From the NCBI RefSeq assembly GCF_011386835.1, contig NC_088800.1, positions 2,604,001 through 2,668,000 on the forward strand: DNA of 64,000 nt. Reading direction: 5' to 3'. Both the position numbers and the translations under genes were made by a program. Shown here in pieces: positions 24,074 through 37,856 of this stretch; within the stretch, counting starts at the first letter, position 1; every line of letters starts with the position of its first letter. Source of the DNA: Chrysemys picta bellii (lineage: Eukaryota). The notes under the pieces are model-generated. The model had not been told where the DNA came from and did not search any database. It was given only the letters and a program-made list of their open reading frames with translations.

Positions 24074-25335
24074 GCAGCAGGACCAAAGCACTGGAGCGGT
24101 GCTTCGAAAGTAGCTTTTGGCTTGTCATTTGGCACTTGCGGGTTTTTGGGCCGCTCTGTCTGTCTGCGTTTGCCTGGAACTTCTTTAAAAATAAAGCTCG
24201 AAGGAAAGGGGAGGCGCCGCTTTGTGACCAAGCTGTTGTGAGCTCGTCGTGTTGAGGATGATCAAAGGGTGAGCCTGAGCGGTTGGCCCTCTTGGTGATA
24301 ACACACGTCCCTTAATTTCACTTGAAGGGTCCGGCGAGCTTTCTCTCATTCTGGCTCCCAGCATGGGATCGTCAGCTCGGATTAATAAGCCAGTCGGACT
24401 ATCCTTTTGTTCTTTGGTAGCAGTGCAGTTAATTCCTCCAATGCTTAGTGCAGGAGGAGTGGACGACCCTTTCATCTGTGATATTACCGCTCTTCACTGC
24501 ATTGTTTGGGGGGGTAGAGCGGGGCAAAGTTCATAACTTCAGCTGGTCATTTCAAGTGTCCCGTTACCAAGACAAACCACACACCCATCTATACTTTAGT
24601 TTAATTGCTGCTTTTTCCAGACACTTCAAAGCAGGTTTCTAAGCACAGTGTGCAGCACATATTATTAGATTTGTTTTTGGAATATAATGATAAACTGTTG
24701 CCACTATGGATGTAGACATAATTATCCTAAATCTATTTTAATCTATTCTGCCTCTTAAATATTCGATGTTCTCTTTTAATAAGAGAACGTTCAGCCTTTG
24801 ATGTGCTAGCGGAGGTGTAGAACACTCTCCTCTCCTTGCTAGAAATGTTAATTGAATAGCCTGCATTTCTCTTCATTAGCTGCATTAACACCTTTTAATA
24901 TCGCTTTAAAATCTTGTTCCATTTACTTTCTTTAATCTTTTCCTTTCCCAAAGTGTCGCCTCACTTTGATCCTCATCTTCGTCTTTTCTTTGATGACAAC
25001 TTGGAGCTTAATTTGTATTTGAATCGAAATGGAAATTTCCTAATTACCCACAATTCAGTGTTACGCCATCAGTGTACATTTTACCATGGCATTTTGATAT
25101 CTGAATTAGCGCTTTATGCCTCCCGTTCCCACCAATCTACGGGGGAGGGGAACATGTGTGCAATCTAATATTTGTCTCTAAAACTCAACATCTCAACTTT
25201 ATTCCCCAGCCCCAACACAGACGTGCAAGAGAGCTCTTTTACTGTCCTGTGCCACAGCGTGCACCGGCTGCACGACTAACTCACTCCTGCGAGGCAGGGA
25301 ACACTCGCACCAGGATCCCACACAGCACTTACACA

Positions 25336-25516
25336 CATAGAATCTCAGGGTTGGAAGGGACCTCAGGAGGTCATCCAGTCCAACCCCCTGCTCAAAGCAG
25401 GACCAATCCCCAGACAGATTTTTACCCCAGTTCCCTAAATGGCCCCCTCAAGGATTGAACTCACAACCCTGGGTTTAGCAGGCCAGTGCTAAAACCACTG
25501 AGCTATCCCTCCCCCC
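25336..25516 (-). mobile_element. Full-length tRNA-derived turtle SINE with CR1-type tail
   Basis: Reverse complement begins GGGGGGAGGGATAGCTCAGTGGTTTTAGCACTGGCCTGCTAAACCCAGGG and ends in the CR1 tail GTCCCTTCCAACCCTGAGATTCTATG. Confidence 0.95.
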
Positions 25517-28060
25517 AGTGTCATGCTTAAATGCTTAAGTGTCAGCATTTAAGCAGTGCCATTGAAGTATGTGTAACTGCTTTGTTGGGTCGGGGCCACA
25601 AGGCTCACTGTCTTGTTGGATCCAATTAAAAGTGACGATGATCGAAAGGTGCCAAACAACAATTTACCTGATTTCTCTCTTCTCAGTGTGGCCTAGTTAA
25701 CCCTGTCCCCTTTCCTTTACTTCTTATTGATAGAGGCAGCATCAGCTGGAGCCTTTTCAAGCCAGGAAAATAGAAAACTTTACAAAATGGGATTTCCTTT
25801 CCCTTGTTTGTGTGGGGTTCGTTTTCTCTGTAGCATTTCTCTCCACTTTGTACCGGGTGCTGTTCTGGCTCCAGGGGGAGTTGGCACTCGGCATGGAAAA
25901 AAAGCGACGATTACTTGGAGCGTTCTCCTGGGAGACCCGATGGTTTGGCAAGGATTTCAGATTCGATCGACGGAGAAGTTTCACACAGTCACGGCCTTAA
26001 AAAAACAGAAACAAAACCCCAAACCAAAAAACTCTACACTGCGGTCAGCTGGGCTTAGGGCATGCTCTCCACCGCTGGCCGTCCAGCCATCTCCTCTCTC
26101 ACTTCATCTGACCTGGGTCATCTGGGAAGCATGGAAGGTGGTGGAGCATTTCCAGGCCATGCTATCTACAGTGGAGGGCCAAAGATTATAATAAAGTCCT
26201 ACCCAAACCATCAGTAGCTGTCAGCTGTTTTCCCCCCCAGGATGCTGGATGCTCACTGATTCCACCAAACTCCAAGGGAGACCCTCCGAATGCACTGACG
26301 CCCTGCGTTCTTGAGAGTCGTTACACAGTCAAAGCCGAGAAGCAGATGTCGGCCGTTTCAGCCTTGCTTTGTGCCTTGTGCGCTGCGCTGTATGTGATCT
26401 CATCTGTCCTGTCTCCTGCTTGCCCACATGCATCTCCCTAACGCTCGCCTCCCCAGCTAGTCTGAACTGTCGTTCTCCCCGTTTTTTCTCTCGTTAGGTA
26501 CAAACTCTGTGCTGCACATAAGCCCCAGAGTCAGCCTGTCCTTCTGCTGGTCCCACTCGTTGGCTAGGTCCCAGAGGTGTGTTTCCCTGGGGCTGTGTGC
26601 CACTAACTGTTGTTGGGTTATAAATGTTCACAGCTGCACAAAGGAAGCCATTTGCCATGCACAAGGGACTTTATTAGGCCTACAAAGCCCATGTGTTCTC
26701 GAGTGCCGTCTACTGGCACCTTTTCCGTTTATTAGCTATATACATACAGAACTCTGAGGTAACCCCCAGCTTGGTTGGAGGGGTGCTTTGTCTCCCTCTA
26801 GTGGTGGCTTGGGCCCCTAGAAATGATGAGCCTGCTACAGTCTTAGCTAACAGACGTGAGTCTCATGTGTTTAGCTCCAGAGGTCCCAGGTTTGATCCCC
26901 GCTGCCGACACCCGTGAGTGGGTCGCCATTACACTTCAAACAGTAATTGCTAGGGGTGTGTATGCTCTTAGTCTGTTTCTCTGATGTACAGATTCTAGAT
27001 CCAACGACGGTCTGTTGGCCCAATGCTATTTTCTGAGGGAAGGGTTTACGGTAGGTTGTAAATGAGTCACGTTCAAGTTCATTGAGGTGTTTTAAAACTG
27101 ACTGTATTCCTGGGGTTTACCTCTGTTTCTTGCTGCTTTTCCTCCCTGCTCCTCTGTCATGGATAATGATCAATGCAGTACGCCCGAGTCCAGTGAAAGC
27201 AGAATGCGTGCTTTACGAACCCGGGAAGGTTTATTGCTCTCCTTGCAATTAAATTAAACTGCAGAAATGGATGCTTGCCGTGTACACAGCTTGCTAATTG
27301 CCTACCTCCTCCACTGCAGTTTTCACCTTACAAATAACACAGTAATCGCCGGTGCATTGTGATTTACCTCTGTGAGTGATTCCTGCCTCGTGAGGCTGGA
27401 GTGGGGAAATGTAACGTTTTTTTTAAATTCAGCATGAGCATGTTGATTTATGTCCTTGGTGTATTTACCCTTCCCCACTCCTGCTCCCAGGAGATATTTT
27501 GTATTGCTGTCTATCTGCACCGTCTCTGCCAGCTCCAGCCTTGTTTTTATTAATGGACTAAAGCGGAGGGTATATTGATTTCCCAGTTATAGCTTTGAAG
27601 TTCTGGGCCTGTTTAGATGGCAGTGTACATGAGCTTATACGTCTATGTAAATTCTCCCTGTCTAGGTAAATAAGGAGATTGAGTGTAGAGGAAGCAGGTG
27701 GCTGGGTGCGGGACACCCAGCGGATTGTAAAGCCCTATGTATGAGATGACCGTTTTGTTATGATCTGGGAGTTGTGCATATGTTGGCAACAAGCAGGAAC
27801 ATTTCATAGCAAGTGCTATTTTCCATGCAGTGATCACTAAGGACCTGATCCAAAGTACATTGAAGTAAAAAGGATCTTTCTACTGACTACAATGAGCTTT
27901 GGATAAACCACTGATTTCCGCCCGTCCCACGCCCCGAATGTTCTGAAGTCAGATCTTAGGGATATACTTTACTCTAAGGTTATTCTTTGGCTACTTCAGG
28001 TTTTGAAACCAGCCTCTTTGTGCAAACAAACCAGTTTATAAAGTTTCATTGATTGCAGGG

Positions 28061-28099
28061 TGTGTGTGTGTGTGTGTGTCTGTGTGTGTGTGTGTGTGT
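28061..28099. repeat. (TG)n microsatellite with one interruption
   Basis: Direct reading of the sequence. Confidence 0.95.
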
Positions 28100-28871
28100 A
28101 TTCCTCTAATGCAACAGATCTTATCATAGACACACATACATGGCAGCAAGTCTAATACATGGGCTGAGCCCTTAACTGTGTTAGATTTCTGAAGTGCGTT
28201 AGGATTAGAGAGAAATCCTTCAACTGCATAGGTCAGGATCTTTGAGTTTCTGAGATAACAGTCTTTATAAAAGTGTCCTGAAGGTATTGTATGGATTATT
28301 TTACAGAAATGGTATTGGAGCGATTCATTTCGAAGTAGGAAGATTCAGTAGACTATAGACTTTGATCTACAAGTCATACATACAAATGGATGAGATATCA
28401 TACTGGTCTTTGAAAGAAATAGAAGCACCTTTCTAATTTTTGCAGGCTTAAAATATAACATGACAAGAATCAGGTTGTGCTTTTGAGAGAAAAATATCTA
28501 TTCTCTCTTTAAAGATCTTATTCTTGGTGCTCATGCTCAGAATACGTGGTGTAGTCAGTAATAACGAATGGGCACGCTTTGTAACAATAACCCTAGTTAT
28601 GAATCATATTTGTGTGAACCCCACACATAGTACTTATTGAGCCCAAGAGACTGATGATTGACTGATTTATTGCTCACAGACCTGTCCTGATTTCTGCAAA
28701 TATATTCTTTATTCATAAATATTCTCCTAGTAGTTCAGGCTGGGGAATACTCACTCGCTTCAGACTGATTGGCCACTTAGTATGTTTCCTGTTTCCTGAT
28801 TGGATGACTGAAATGTAAACTGGAGAATAACCAATGGTGAATAATGCATTCTGTACAGGGCTGTGACGGAG

Positions 28872-29070
28872 GATGGAGAACTGAGACTCAGGCGATCTGC
28901 CTTCAATTCCCAGGTCTGCCAAGTTTTTTGGGGTGAACTTGGCTAAATCATTTACTCTCTCTCAGTTCCTTGTCTATTACATAGGAATAATAAATCTTCC
29001 CTACCTCACAGGAGTAAAAGATGAATGGCTGAGTGGTGCTCAGATATATGGCAGTGAGGGGGCGAATAAG
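28872..29070 (+). mobile_element. Old MIR/CORE-type SINE relic
   Basis: GAACTTGGCTAAATCATTTACTCTCTCTCAGTTCCTTG...ATAATAAATCTTCCCTACCTCACAGG resembles the CORE and 3' region. Confidence 0.5.
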
Positions 29071-29193
29071 AGAGAGGTGAAGCATTGAGAAGACTTTCAT
29101 GAAAGCCAGTGGCTGTACTAATACTGACAGCTAGCTGGTAACGTTGTCCTTGTGAATAGAAGAGAATCTAGTCCGAGTAATTCATTCAATGGC

Positions 29194-29214
29194 TATATAT
29201 ATATATATATATAT
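29194..29214. repeat. (TA)n microsatellite
   Basis: Direct reading of the sequence. Confidence 0.95.
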
Positions 29215-32200
29215 CCATCTTTTTCATTATTGGACCAACATGAGTATTTACATGGGAACATGAAACGTTAACTAACAGCAACAGTAATCATAGCTAGGCT
29301 CAGCGTGATTGTGAGAGCGCTTCTAAGCATAATGGCTATGGAGCAATCCGGGATGGTTCAGGAAATTTGTATGTATCTCTGGAGCACCCCTCCCCCCCAA
29401 ACAACACGGCACCATTTTCTGAACATGGCACTGTGCCCATGGAGATGCTGTCTTGATGAGTAGCTGTATCATGCCAGGGTGATGCTTCTACAACTCCTCA
29501 TCAGTGAAAATGGCCCCAAGACTCCGTGGTCATTGGGGGTTTAGAGGTTGCCACTGGCTACTCTGGTGGGGTCTGAGGTCCTGCGACCTGTCCACCTCTA
29601 GTTATTTGTAACAGTGGAAGATTTACAGCTGCTCTATGCATGGAGGGGGTGGCACAGAGAGGGTTTTTAACCCAAGAACATGAGTGGGGTTTAGATGGGC
29701 TGGTAGGGAAGTGGACTGCTGGGGTTAAACATGGGTTTACATGCGGGCTGGGATGTCCAACGGATGGCCAGAAATGTTGCAGAAGTGGTTGTCTTTGCCT
29801 CTAGCAGGTGTAAGCTCTCTTGGTAGAGATGCTGGGAGATGCTCAGCCCTCTTGGTCATAGGGTTTGTACTGGGATTCAAGCGTTGTGGGTGCACATGGG
29901 GAGGGGCAGGATCTAATAGGCAAAGCCTTCAGTTCAGTGCATGCAAATGACTGGAGGAAAATGCTGATCTCACTGACGCAGGCTTTCCCGTTGTGTTATT
30001 GGCTAGGGAAGGGAACGGCCCCCTGGTTGGCATGTACCATTAGTGAGGTCAGTGAGGTTGAACCCGGACAAAAGTGCCTTGGTCTTGCTCCCCCCCTCAA
30101 AGATCAGTATGGCTTCTTACCATGCCACCCAAGTAACCTGGCCCTTGATATTCGGGACTGGAGGGAAGCCAAAGAGATGGATGGCTGGAGTTGGGGTGGG
30201 GTGAGGCCAGGACGCACAGTGGTCTGTGAAGCACTTTGCACACTGCTGCCTCAGGGTAAACAACAAAGAGAGGGAATTCTTTTGGCCACAGTTCCCTTGG
30301 CATGTGAAGATCTCTTGCTGACCACAGGTTGCAGCCTCTAGACCAACTACTTGCTTAGTCAGCCTGCCAGCCGCAGGTCCAGTGTCACTCAGGAACGGCC
30401 TCCTTTGGCTACGTCTATTTGTTGCCTCTGTAGGTCCCACCTGTCCCATGCCCTTTCATCGCATGACCAGCCTGCTGCCCTTTCTCCTGCTTCTTGTTTG
30501 ATCCTGTGTCCCCTCCAGCATCCCAGAGTCACCAGCTCCTGCCATTCCAAGCCAGAGCACTCAGCCCTACTGTAGCGTTACTAACGGCGCCCTGAGAGGC
30601 TGGTGCCTAAGGAGTCTAAGGGCATTTCCAGGAGCAAAGCTGAGTTTTTGAACCAAACCATTCAAGTTCACAGCACTTTCTCGGCGGAAACAGTGTGTAA
30701 CTGAGGTTTCCTTTTCTTACACAGCTTTGCTGGAACCAAAGGGATCTGGATGTGTTATTTACCTTATTGCTTCAAAGGATTCTCAACAAGGTGCCTGCTC
30801 TCTACCACAGTAAGTACAAATGTGAAAAGGCAGCTAACCCATCGCTCGCAGTGTCCTCTAAACTCTGACTGGATTCCACAGCAGGGAGAGGACCCACCTC
30901 GAGATTTGACGTGCAGTGTTCTGTTGTTGTACATTGATTGGAGACAGGAGGAAAAAGATATTGTAGGTGGCAAAGAGGCCAGGAAACTTGCTGCTTCTAT
31001 CAGAGGAAGAGAAGTGACATTTGTACAATGCTTTCCATCGTCACATACATTAACTAATCCTTGCTATGAATGTAGGAAATCTGAAGAAGTGGGACAGAGG
31101 GAGTAGGTGACTTGTCCAAGGCCACAAAATGTGTCTGAGTCAGAGAGAGAATTGGAATTGCAGACTCTTAATGAGTCATGGATATTGCACATATATGTGC
31201 CCAGAGAAAGGACTGTTAGCGGAGTTTGACCAGCATGGTAGGTTGGAATGAATGATTTCAAATTGCCGTAGATTGTAGGGGCAGTAAAATAATGGAACCC
31301 AAAGCCTGTGCAGTTAAAGGGGAGGATTCCCATTCTCCCTAACAGCCTGTCTGGTGAAGGGGAATAGACGGGGGTAGGACATTGTTTCAGACGGAGACAG
31401 GATGCACGTGAGGAGCAAATTCTGCTTTTGTGTGTTTGCAAGCTACTTCTGTTGGCGTCAATGGGTTGCTCGATGCAGGTGTGAGAGCAGAATTTGGCCT
31501 GAAGGATCCAGCTGCAACAGGAGAAAGTTTTGTCAGACGGCGGCATCTTCCCTTCAGCTGGGCCCTCTTTGGCTATGTAAACCCAACATGCTGAGCGCTG
31601 CAGGTTGGTGCCCATGGGTGGGCCACCATTTCCCTCTGGCATAGACTTGTTCCCCAACTCCAAGCCACTGGAAGGGAGAGTGTAACCTAGAACATGCTGG
31701 CTTCCCTCCAGTCTTGCTGCTTCTGGGGTTGTCCTGTCTATATGCTGTGCTTTGTCGCAGTGGCATCCGTCTTCCTGGCTCTCATTCCAAGCTCCAAACA
31801 CCACATTTCCCCCTTAATCTCATTCATTGGCTTAAACAAATACATGAGGTTATATTGGTGGGGTTTGTCAGCCCCTTTGCACAGCAGTGTCTGGTGTTGG
31901 GAATCTTTCTAGGAGTTGCATTACGAGCCCACCTGATTTGTGGGCACAGCCAGGTGGTTGGATGTTTACATGCCGTCATTTGTGTCTGCAACTAATTGTA
32001 CCTGCAGTTATTTTGGGGACTCAGCAATGGAGGCTGCCTTAAGTTCCCTTTGAAAATACTTAAGCCTAATGTGACTTGCAAGAGGTCCAATAGCAGCTCT
32101 TGGCAGAATCAGGAACTGAACCCACAAGTCTCCTGTTCTAAGCACTAGATAGAGCGTGTTGCTTTCTGATCTTACGCCTTCCAGGCCTTCTGTAGTACAA

Positions 32201-32911
32201 GTTACTCTCTTGTGAGGGTTTCACATTCAGGAATATTTGTAATTTAAAGCAATTTCATTATGATCATTAAGTAAAGGTCTTAAGACTTCATGTAATGAGA
32301 AGCTTTTTAGGGAATGTTTGTTTCTGTTAATGGGATTGTGTTGTATTTCTCTACTCTCTGGTGTTTCTCTTGTAATTTTTTTCAGTAGAAAGAAATGAAA
32401 TCGGAAAACTTTCCTTTGTCAGATGTAATTAGTTTTTAGGGTTGAGGAACAAAGAGCTCTGAGGTGTTGAGGATCACTTCAAATTAAATCTGTGGAAGTA
32501 ATGAGAGGAAGACCACAAATTGGGCATGCCGAAGAATCTTCTTTTGCTTTTATAGCTGTTCCACAAGAAGAGCCAAAGGGATTGAAATATCAAAGCTGAG
32601 ATGCCATTGTTTGGAGGTCTTGTTGATAGGCTCCAAACGTTCCTGTCCCACAAGGAGCTCTTGTGTACATAACAACGGCAGTTGCCAACTTGGGTGTGCT
32701 TCTCTGTGAAGCTGCTCACCCATAGCCACACTCGAGGCGTTAAAACTTACGGCTGGTTTGTTTTCAGAGGTTCATTTCAAGTTTCAACATCTCTGTGGAG
32801 AAAAGGCTTCCAAAATGGCCGCAGAAACTTGCTCCTCAGAGGAGTGAATCCAAAATGGCAGCCACAAGTGGGCCTCCATAGCTGCTTTGGAAGAGGTAAG
32901 AGCTGATTAGC

Positions 32912-33340
32912 AACATAGGAATTTCCAGATTGGATCAGATTCACGGTCCACCTAGTTCAGGATCCTGTCTCCCACAGTGCCCAGCACCAGATGCTTCAAA
33001 AGAAGGTGCAAGATCCGCACAGTGGTTGGATAATCTGCCCCCTACATTAATCTCATTCTAATCTCCCATAGTTAGAGAGAGGGTGACCAGATGTCCCGAT
33101 TTTATAGGGACAGTCCCGATTTTTGGGTCTTTTTCTTATATAGCCTCCTATTACCCCCCCCCCCACACACACACACTCCCTGTCCCGATTTTTCACATTT
33201 GCTCTCTGGTCACCCTAGTTAGAGACTGGCTTTAAACCCTGAAGCATGAGGTTTAATATCCCTTCCAATTTTTTATCATCATTAGCTATAACAACTCTGG
33301 ATATTCTTGATATCAATATAAATGTCCAGTGCCTCCTTAA
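32912..33340 (-). mobile_element. Old CR1 3' fragment interrupted by a MITE
   Basis: Begins AACATAGGAATTTCCAGATTGGATCAGA...CCACCTAG, the reverse of a CR1-type terminus. Sequence continues across the MITE TSD. Confidence 0.6.
33079..33217. mobile_element. TAGGGTGACC-type hAT MITE, 139 bp
   Basis: TIRs (G)AGGGTGACCAGA / TCTGGTCACCCTA. Perfect 8-bp TSD GTTAGAGA at 33071-33078 and 33218-33225. Confidence 0.92.
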
Positions 33341-33489
33341 TGTGTAAGTACAGATGACATCTGCTGTCAAAACACTGGAGAGGTTTTCAAAGCCTCTGGA
33401 CTGGCTATAAGGATCTGTCCCAGGCTGAGGATCCCAGAGGCCACTTTGGAATCTTTAAAAACATATGTTCAGATGGTAGCACCTTGAGG

Positions 33490-33650
33490 CCCCAACTGAA
33501 ATGGAAACCCTATTGTGCTAGGTGGTGGACAGACCCATTGTGAGAGACGGTCCTGCCCCAAACAACTTACAATTTCAATAGACAAGCTTAAGGAGGAGAG
33601 AGGGGAAATATTCTCCCCATTCTACAGATGGGGAAACTGAGTCAGAGAGT
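33490..33650 (-). mobile_element. MIR/CORE SINE relic
   Basis: CCCCATTCTACAGATGGGGAAACTGAG is the reverse complement of the CORE hallmark CTCAGTTTCCCCATCTGTA. Confidence 0.6.
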
Positions 33651-35751
33651 CGTCGATTTAGCAGAGCATCTAAGCAGATGTGGACCGTACTGTCATCAGA
33701 GGCAACCAATATGGTGGCTGTGATTTAATGGTGCCACAGGAAATGGGAAAGCCCTAGACATTGCAACATGTCTGCTACACTTTAAACATCAATTGGCCAT
33801 TGCATTTCTTGGGGAGTTGGGAAGGTTGGTGACACGTAAAGGTTAGGTTTGTGTCCTTTGAAAAGGGGAGCTGAGCAGAGCAAATTCTAAAACATTCCAG
33901 AAATCTCTGAAAGGAGTAGAAGAGCCCTGAGTCTACAGTGCTATCTGAGACTGTATCAGTTACAAAGAGACGTCTCACAAACAGAAAGGTCAGGCTGGGC
34001 TTTTAGTATTCTTTGATCAATAGTCCTTCCCACGGATGGCTGTGAAAATATGGACTTGACTATGGCAGACAGCAAGCCAAGAGGATCTAGCCTGAACGTA
34101 TTCGTATAATTATAGTCCGTGTAGGTGGGGTCACCTACCCAACGCTTTCTATGATAAACCCTTGTTTTCAGTTGCTGATTACTTTCTCCAAGCTAAACTG
34201 TGTTGAAATTTCCTAAGCGGGGTGTCTGCCTCGGCCTGAAATCTTGTTTTGGGGAAGTTTCAGCTAAAGTGGTATTTCTAAGAATGGGGTTAGAAAAAAA
34301 TGTTTTGTCATGTAAAAAACAAAAACAAAACAAGATTTCATTGATAAGCTCTCATATATCCCTGCTTTGTAGCAGGGACTTGAAATTTGGCACGGCAGGG
34401 GGTCACCCAAGGGTCAGATTATGTGTTCTTTGTCCTCCCTATGTATATTAGCACAAAGTTAGCAGAGCTGTAAACCTCTGAAAAATCTGCACAGTCGAGA
34501 CTGGTGGGTTTGGCAAATAAATTCTCCAGAGAGTCCATCTGCACCGAACATAGAATCGGAGACATGTGGGGCTGCACAGGGGTGATCCCCCACCAGAGTT
34601 GCTTCTGCTGACGATAGGGCTGCATGGTGCAGACCAGGAGGTGTCCAACAGCAGTAGCTAAAGGGAGAATCTGTCCTGACGTATTCAAAGCGTACATTGC
34701 TGAGTGATGACTCCTCCCCTTCGCTCCCCTGTCTGAGGCAGGTGCTAAGTATTATCCTCATTTGACAGCAGTGGAAACTCGGCGATAGACTTTCCCAGGC
34801 CACGCACTGAATCAGCGTAAACTACACTATGTGGCTTGGGCAAAATGACCGGTGACTGCTGCAGACGACCGCTTCGAAAAGAGTGAAAATGGGTCAGATC
34901 TCCACTCCTCCTCCCGTCCAGTGTAACAGGGTCTTGTTCGTGGGGCTGCGTTTCCAAGCGCGTTCCGAGGTTTGACCAGAGCTCACTTCAGAAAGGCTGC
35001 CAGGCGTTCGGCCGGGCGAGGTCTGACGCCTGAGCACTGCCTGGGCCCGTTTGGCCGAGGTACACGGTGAGGACAGTTGAAGTTAGTGGGGTTGTGGGGT
35101 GCCCCACAAGGGTTCCTGAGAGCCCAGAATGTGGTCTGTGCATCTGTTACCTGGCTGGGGAGGGTGGGGCGGGGGCTGGGGGGGGGGGGGAGCTGAGCCT
35201 CTCCCTTCCTCAGGGCTGTGGAATGAGGCGACGTGAACAAGGAGCTGAACGGGGCTGGCACGGAGGTGTGGGAACGCCGTGGGCCCAATCCTCAGTGCAA
35301 CCCAGCTCCACTCGGCACCAGCTCCAGCAGGGCTTACGGGTGGCTTTAGGCCACATTCAGCCCTACCTATTGCTCTGATGCCAAGGAGCTGGTGTGGCAG
35401 CTGGCAATAACTGGAGCATGGAGCACTCTGCCCACACCCCGTTTCCCAGCCTTGCCCCCCGATATCAGAGGCTATGGAGGGGCAGGGAGCAGCCATTCGC
35501 TGGGGCCAGCCCTGCTGCTGAGCTGGATTTAGCATCTTTGTAGCCTCTGAGCTGGCTAAGGGGGGCCATGGCACAACGATAAATTGCCCCTCTCCCCTGG
35601 GTAACAGGGGAACACTTAATGGGGTGTCTGGGGTGAAGAGGGGTTTTTAAAGTCTTTGGAAAACGCTGGGCCTCAGGTGTAAACAGGAGCAACTCAGCTG
35701 GAACTAACCAAGTGATGTCAGGGATCAGTTTGACCTGGGTCCCTTCCTTCC

Positions 35752-36431
35752 TGTGATAAATGAAGGGAGGGAGATAGCTCCCTTTTATGGACACCCAGCC
35801 AGCCAGTAGCTATAAAATCGCTCATAGTAGTTGTTCTCTACCTGTAAAGGGTTAAAAGTCTCACTGCTATGCATAGATAAAAGGAAGTGAATGGACACCT
35901 GGCCAAAAGAGCCAATGGGAAGGCTAGAACTTTTTAAAATGGAGTAAAGACTCTCCTTTTGTCTGTCTGTTGTTCTCCCGGGGAGAGGTGGACAGGGCAG
36001 AGCTATGCTGTAAGAAGCTTGGGCCAGGTATGAAAAATCATCAGTATCATACCTAGAAACTACTCATTTAAAACCCCAGACATGTAAGTAGATCAGGAAA
36101 TGTCTAGAAAGATGCGATTAGGTTTATCCCTTTGATTTCTTTATGGCTTGTGGATTCCTCTGGGCTAACCCCAGATGTTTTTGTTTTGCTTGTAACCTTT
36201 AAGCTGGACCTCAAGAAAGCTATTTTTGGTGCTTAATCCTTGTAGTTGCTCTTTTAAAATCTAGCAATAGCCTGAGTTCCCAGATGTATTTTCTTTCTTT
36301 TTCTTTATTAATAAAATTTACCTTTTTAAAGAATAGAATTGGATTTTTGTGTCTTAAGAGGTTTGTGCGCTTGTTGTTTAATGAGCTGGTGGCAACAGCT
36401 GATCTCCTTTTTTTCTTTCTCAGCTCTTCCC

Positions 36432-36473
<42 letters not shown>

Positions 36474-36690
36474 GTACCCCACAGGAAGGAATTCCCAACT
36501 GCGCCTTCCTGGGTTCTCAAAGGGGTTTTTGCACTTGAGTGGTGGCAGCATCTACCCATCCAAGGTCAGAGAAAAGCTTGTAACCTTGGGAGTTTAACAC
36601 AAGCCTGGAGCGGCCAGAATTAATTTTTAGAATCCTTGCCAGACCCACCTTCTGCACTCGAAGTGCCAGAGTGGGAAATCAGCCCTGACA
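35752..36690 (+). mobile_element. Solo LTR (Gypsy or ERV-type), 939 bp
   Basis: TG...CA termini (TGTGATAA...CCCTGACA). Perfect 5-bp TSD CTTCC at 35747-35751 and 36691-36695. TATAAAA at 35811 and AATAAA at 36310. Internal (GT)n at 36434-36470. Confidence 0.85.
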
Positions 36691-37856
36691 CTTCCCCTGC
36701 AGCACCATGGGTGGGCAGCAAGATCCTGCAGCAGGAGAATAATGTGCTCACTTTAAAAGCTTGGCTGGACTCTCCTAGCTCACCTTCTGGCAAGTCCTGC
36801 CTCCGCGCTTGTCAGAAAAGGCTGCTTGAACGCAGGCACTTCTTGACAAGGCTACTTAAATGAAGAGCCCTGTGTGGTGTTAAGCAAAGAGCGTCGAGTA
36901 GTGAATTGTTCTGTGAATTGATGATTGATAACTAACATGACATTTTTTTAATAGCGTTCCCTGGTCTCTTCCAGAGAGCCACAGTGGAGGGATAGAGATA
37001 AGTGCAGGAAGAGATGTAACCGTCACCATTTCGCCTGCGGGTCTATCTTTAACCCATCTCTTGATGTTGGAATCCATACGTATTCCTTGAACTTAAGTGC
37101 AGCCGTGTTATTAGACCTTCTCTCCTGACTGCTCAATGCTAAAATACGCAGCACCTACCCAGCAGACCATCCCTTCCTCAATCACGTTGCTGGCAGGCTG
37201 GAAACAGCTTCCTGAACTGCGGCCAGCGAGCTGCCCTTTGCCCAGCGTGTCTCTAGAGCATCACAGTTGCCAGAAAAACACTGAGAAGGTCTCTCAGATC
37301 TTAGTCAGAGCACTAGTATTTGTTCTCCGAGCACAGAGAAATGTGGCAGAGAACTGCTCGGGCCGTCGATGGAGCAGGAGTGTGGAAACCCAGCCTGCCT
37401 CCATGTTGCCAGTGCTCAGAAACCCAGCTGAGTTAGTAAACGGGGCATCGGAGCTTAGCCACCCCCTTGACTGTGAACTCTCCACACGGCACTGGGATGG
37501 ATTGCATTAATCCAGCAGCCGGGAACGGTTGCCAGCAGAGGGCACTCAGTCAGCACTGAAAAGGGAGGGAGATGTCTGTCTGGCGTTCTTAGCCAAGCAT
37601 TCACAATTTGCTTCAGAGTCACTGGGCCCCATTTCGCACTGTTTACACCGGAATAACTCCTTCCTCTGACGTTCCTGTTACCAGAAGGGGGCCAAAAGGG
37701 AGGGACACTAGCCGTGAGGTGATGTAGCTACTGAGAGGGTCCCCAAACACCTGGGACCTCATTGACCTGCTTATGCCAAGCCAGCCTCGCTGATATGGCT
37801 TCTGCTCTTATGCTAGGGGTGGTCGCCTGTTACCAGCCCATGTCATTGTTCTGTGG

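Noticed and set aside
26498-26576. Strong-looking plus-strand acceptor and 79-bp candidate exon (similar acceptors near 3405, 25733 and 36973)
   Set aside because: The candidate frames are unrecognised or closed by stops. Such signals are frequent in vertebrate non-coding DNA and cannot be supported without RNA data.
31064-31804. Longest ORF in the track (246 aa, minus)
   Set aside because: No recognisable domain, alternative start codon, and its end runs into a MIR-like relic. Consistent with a chance ORF in GC-rich DNA.
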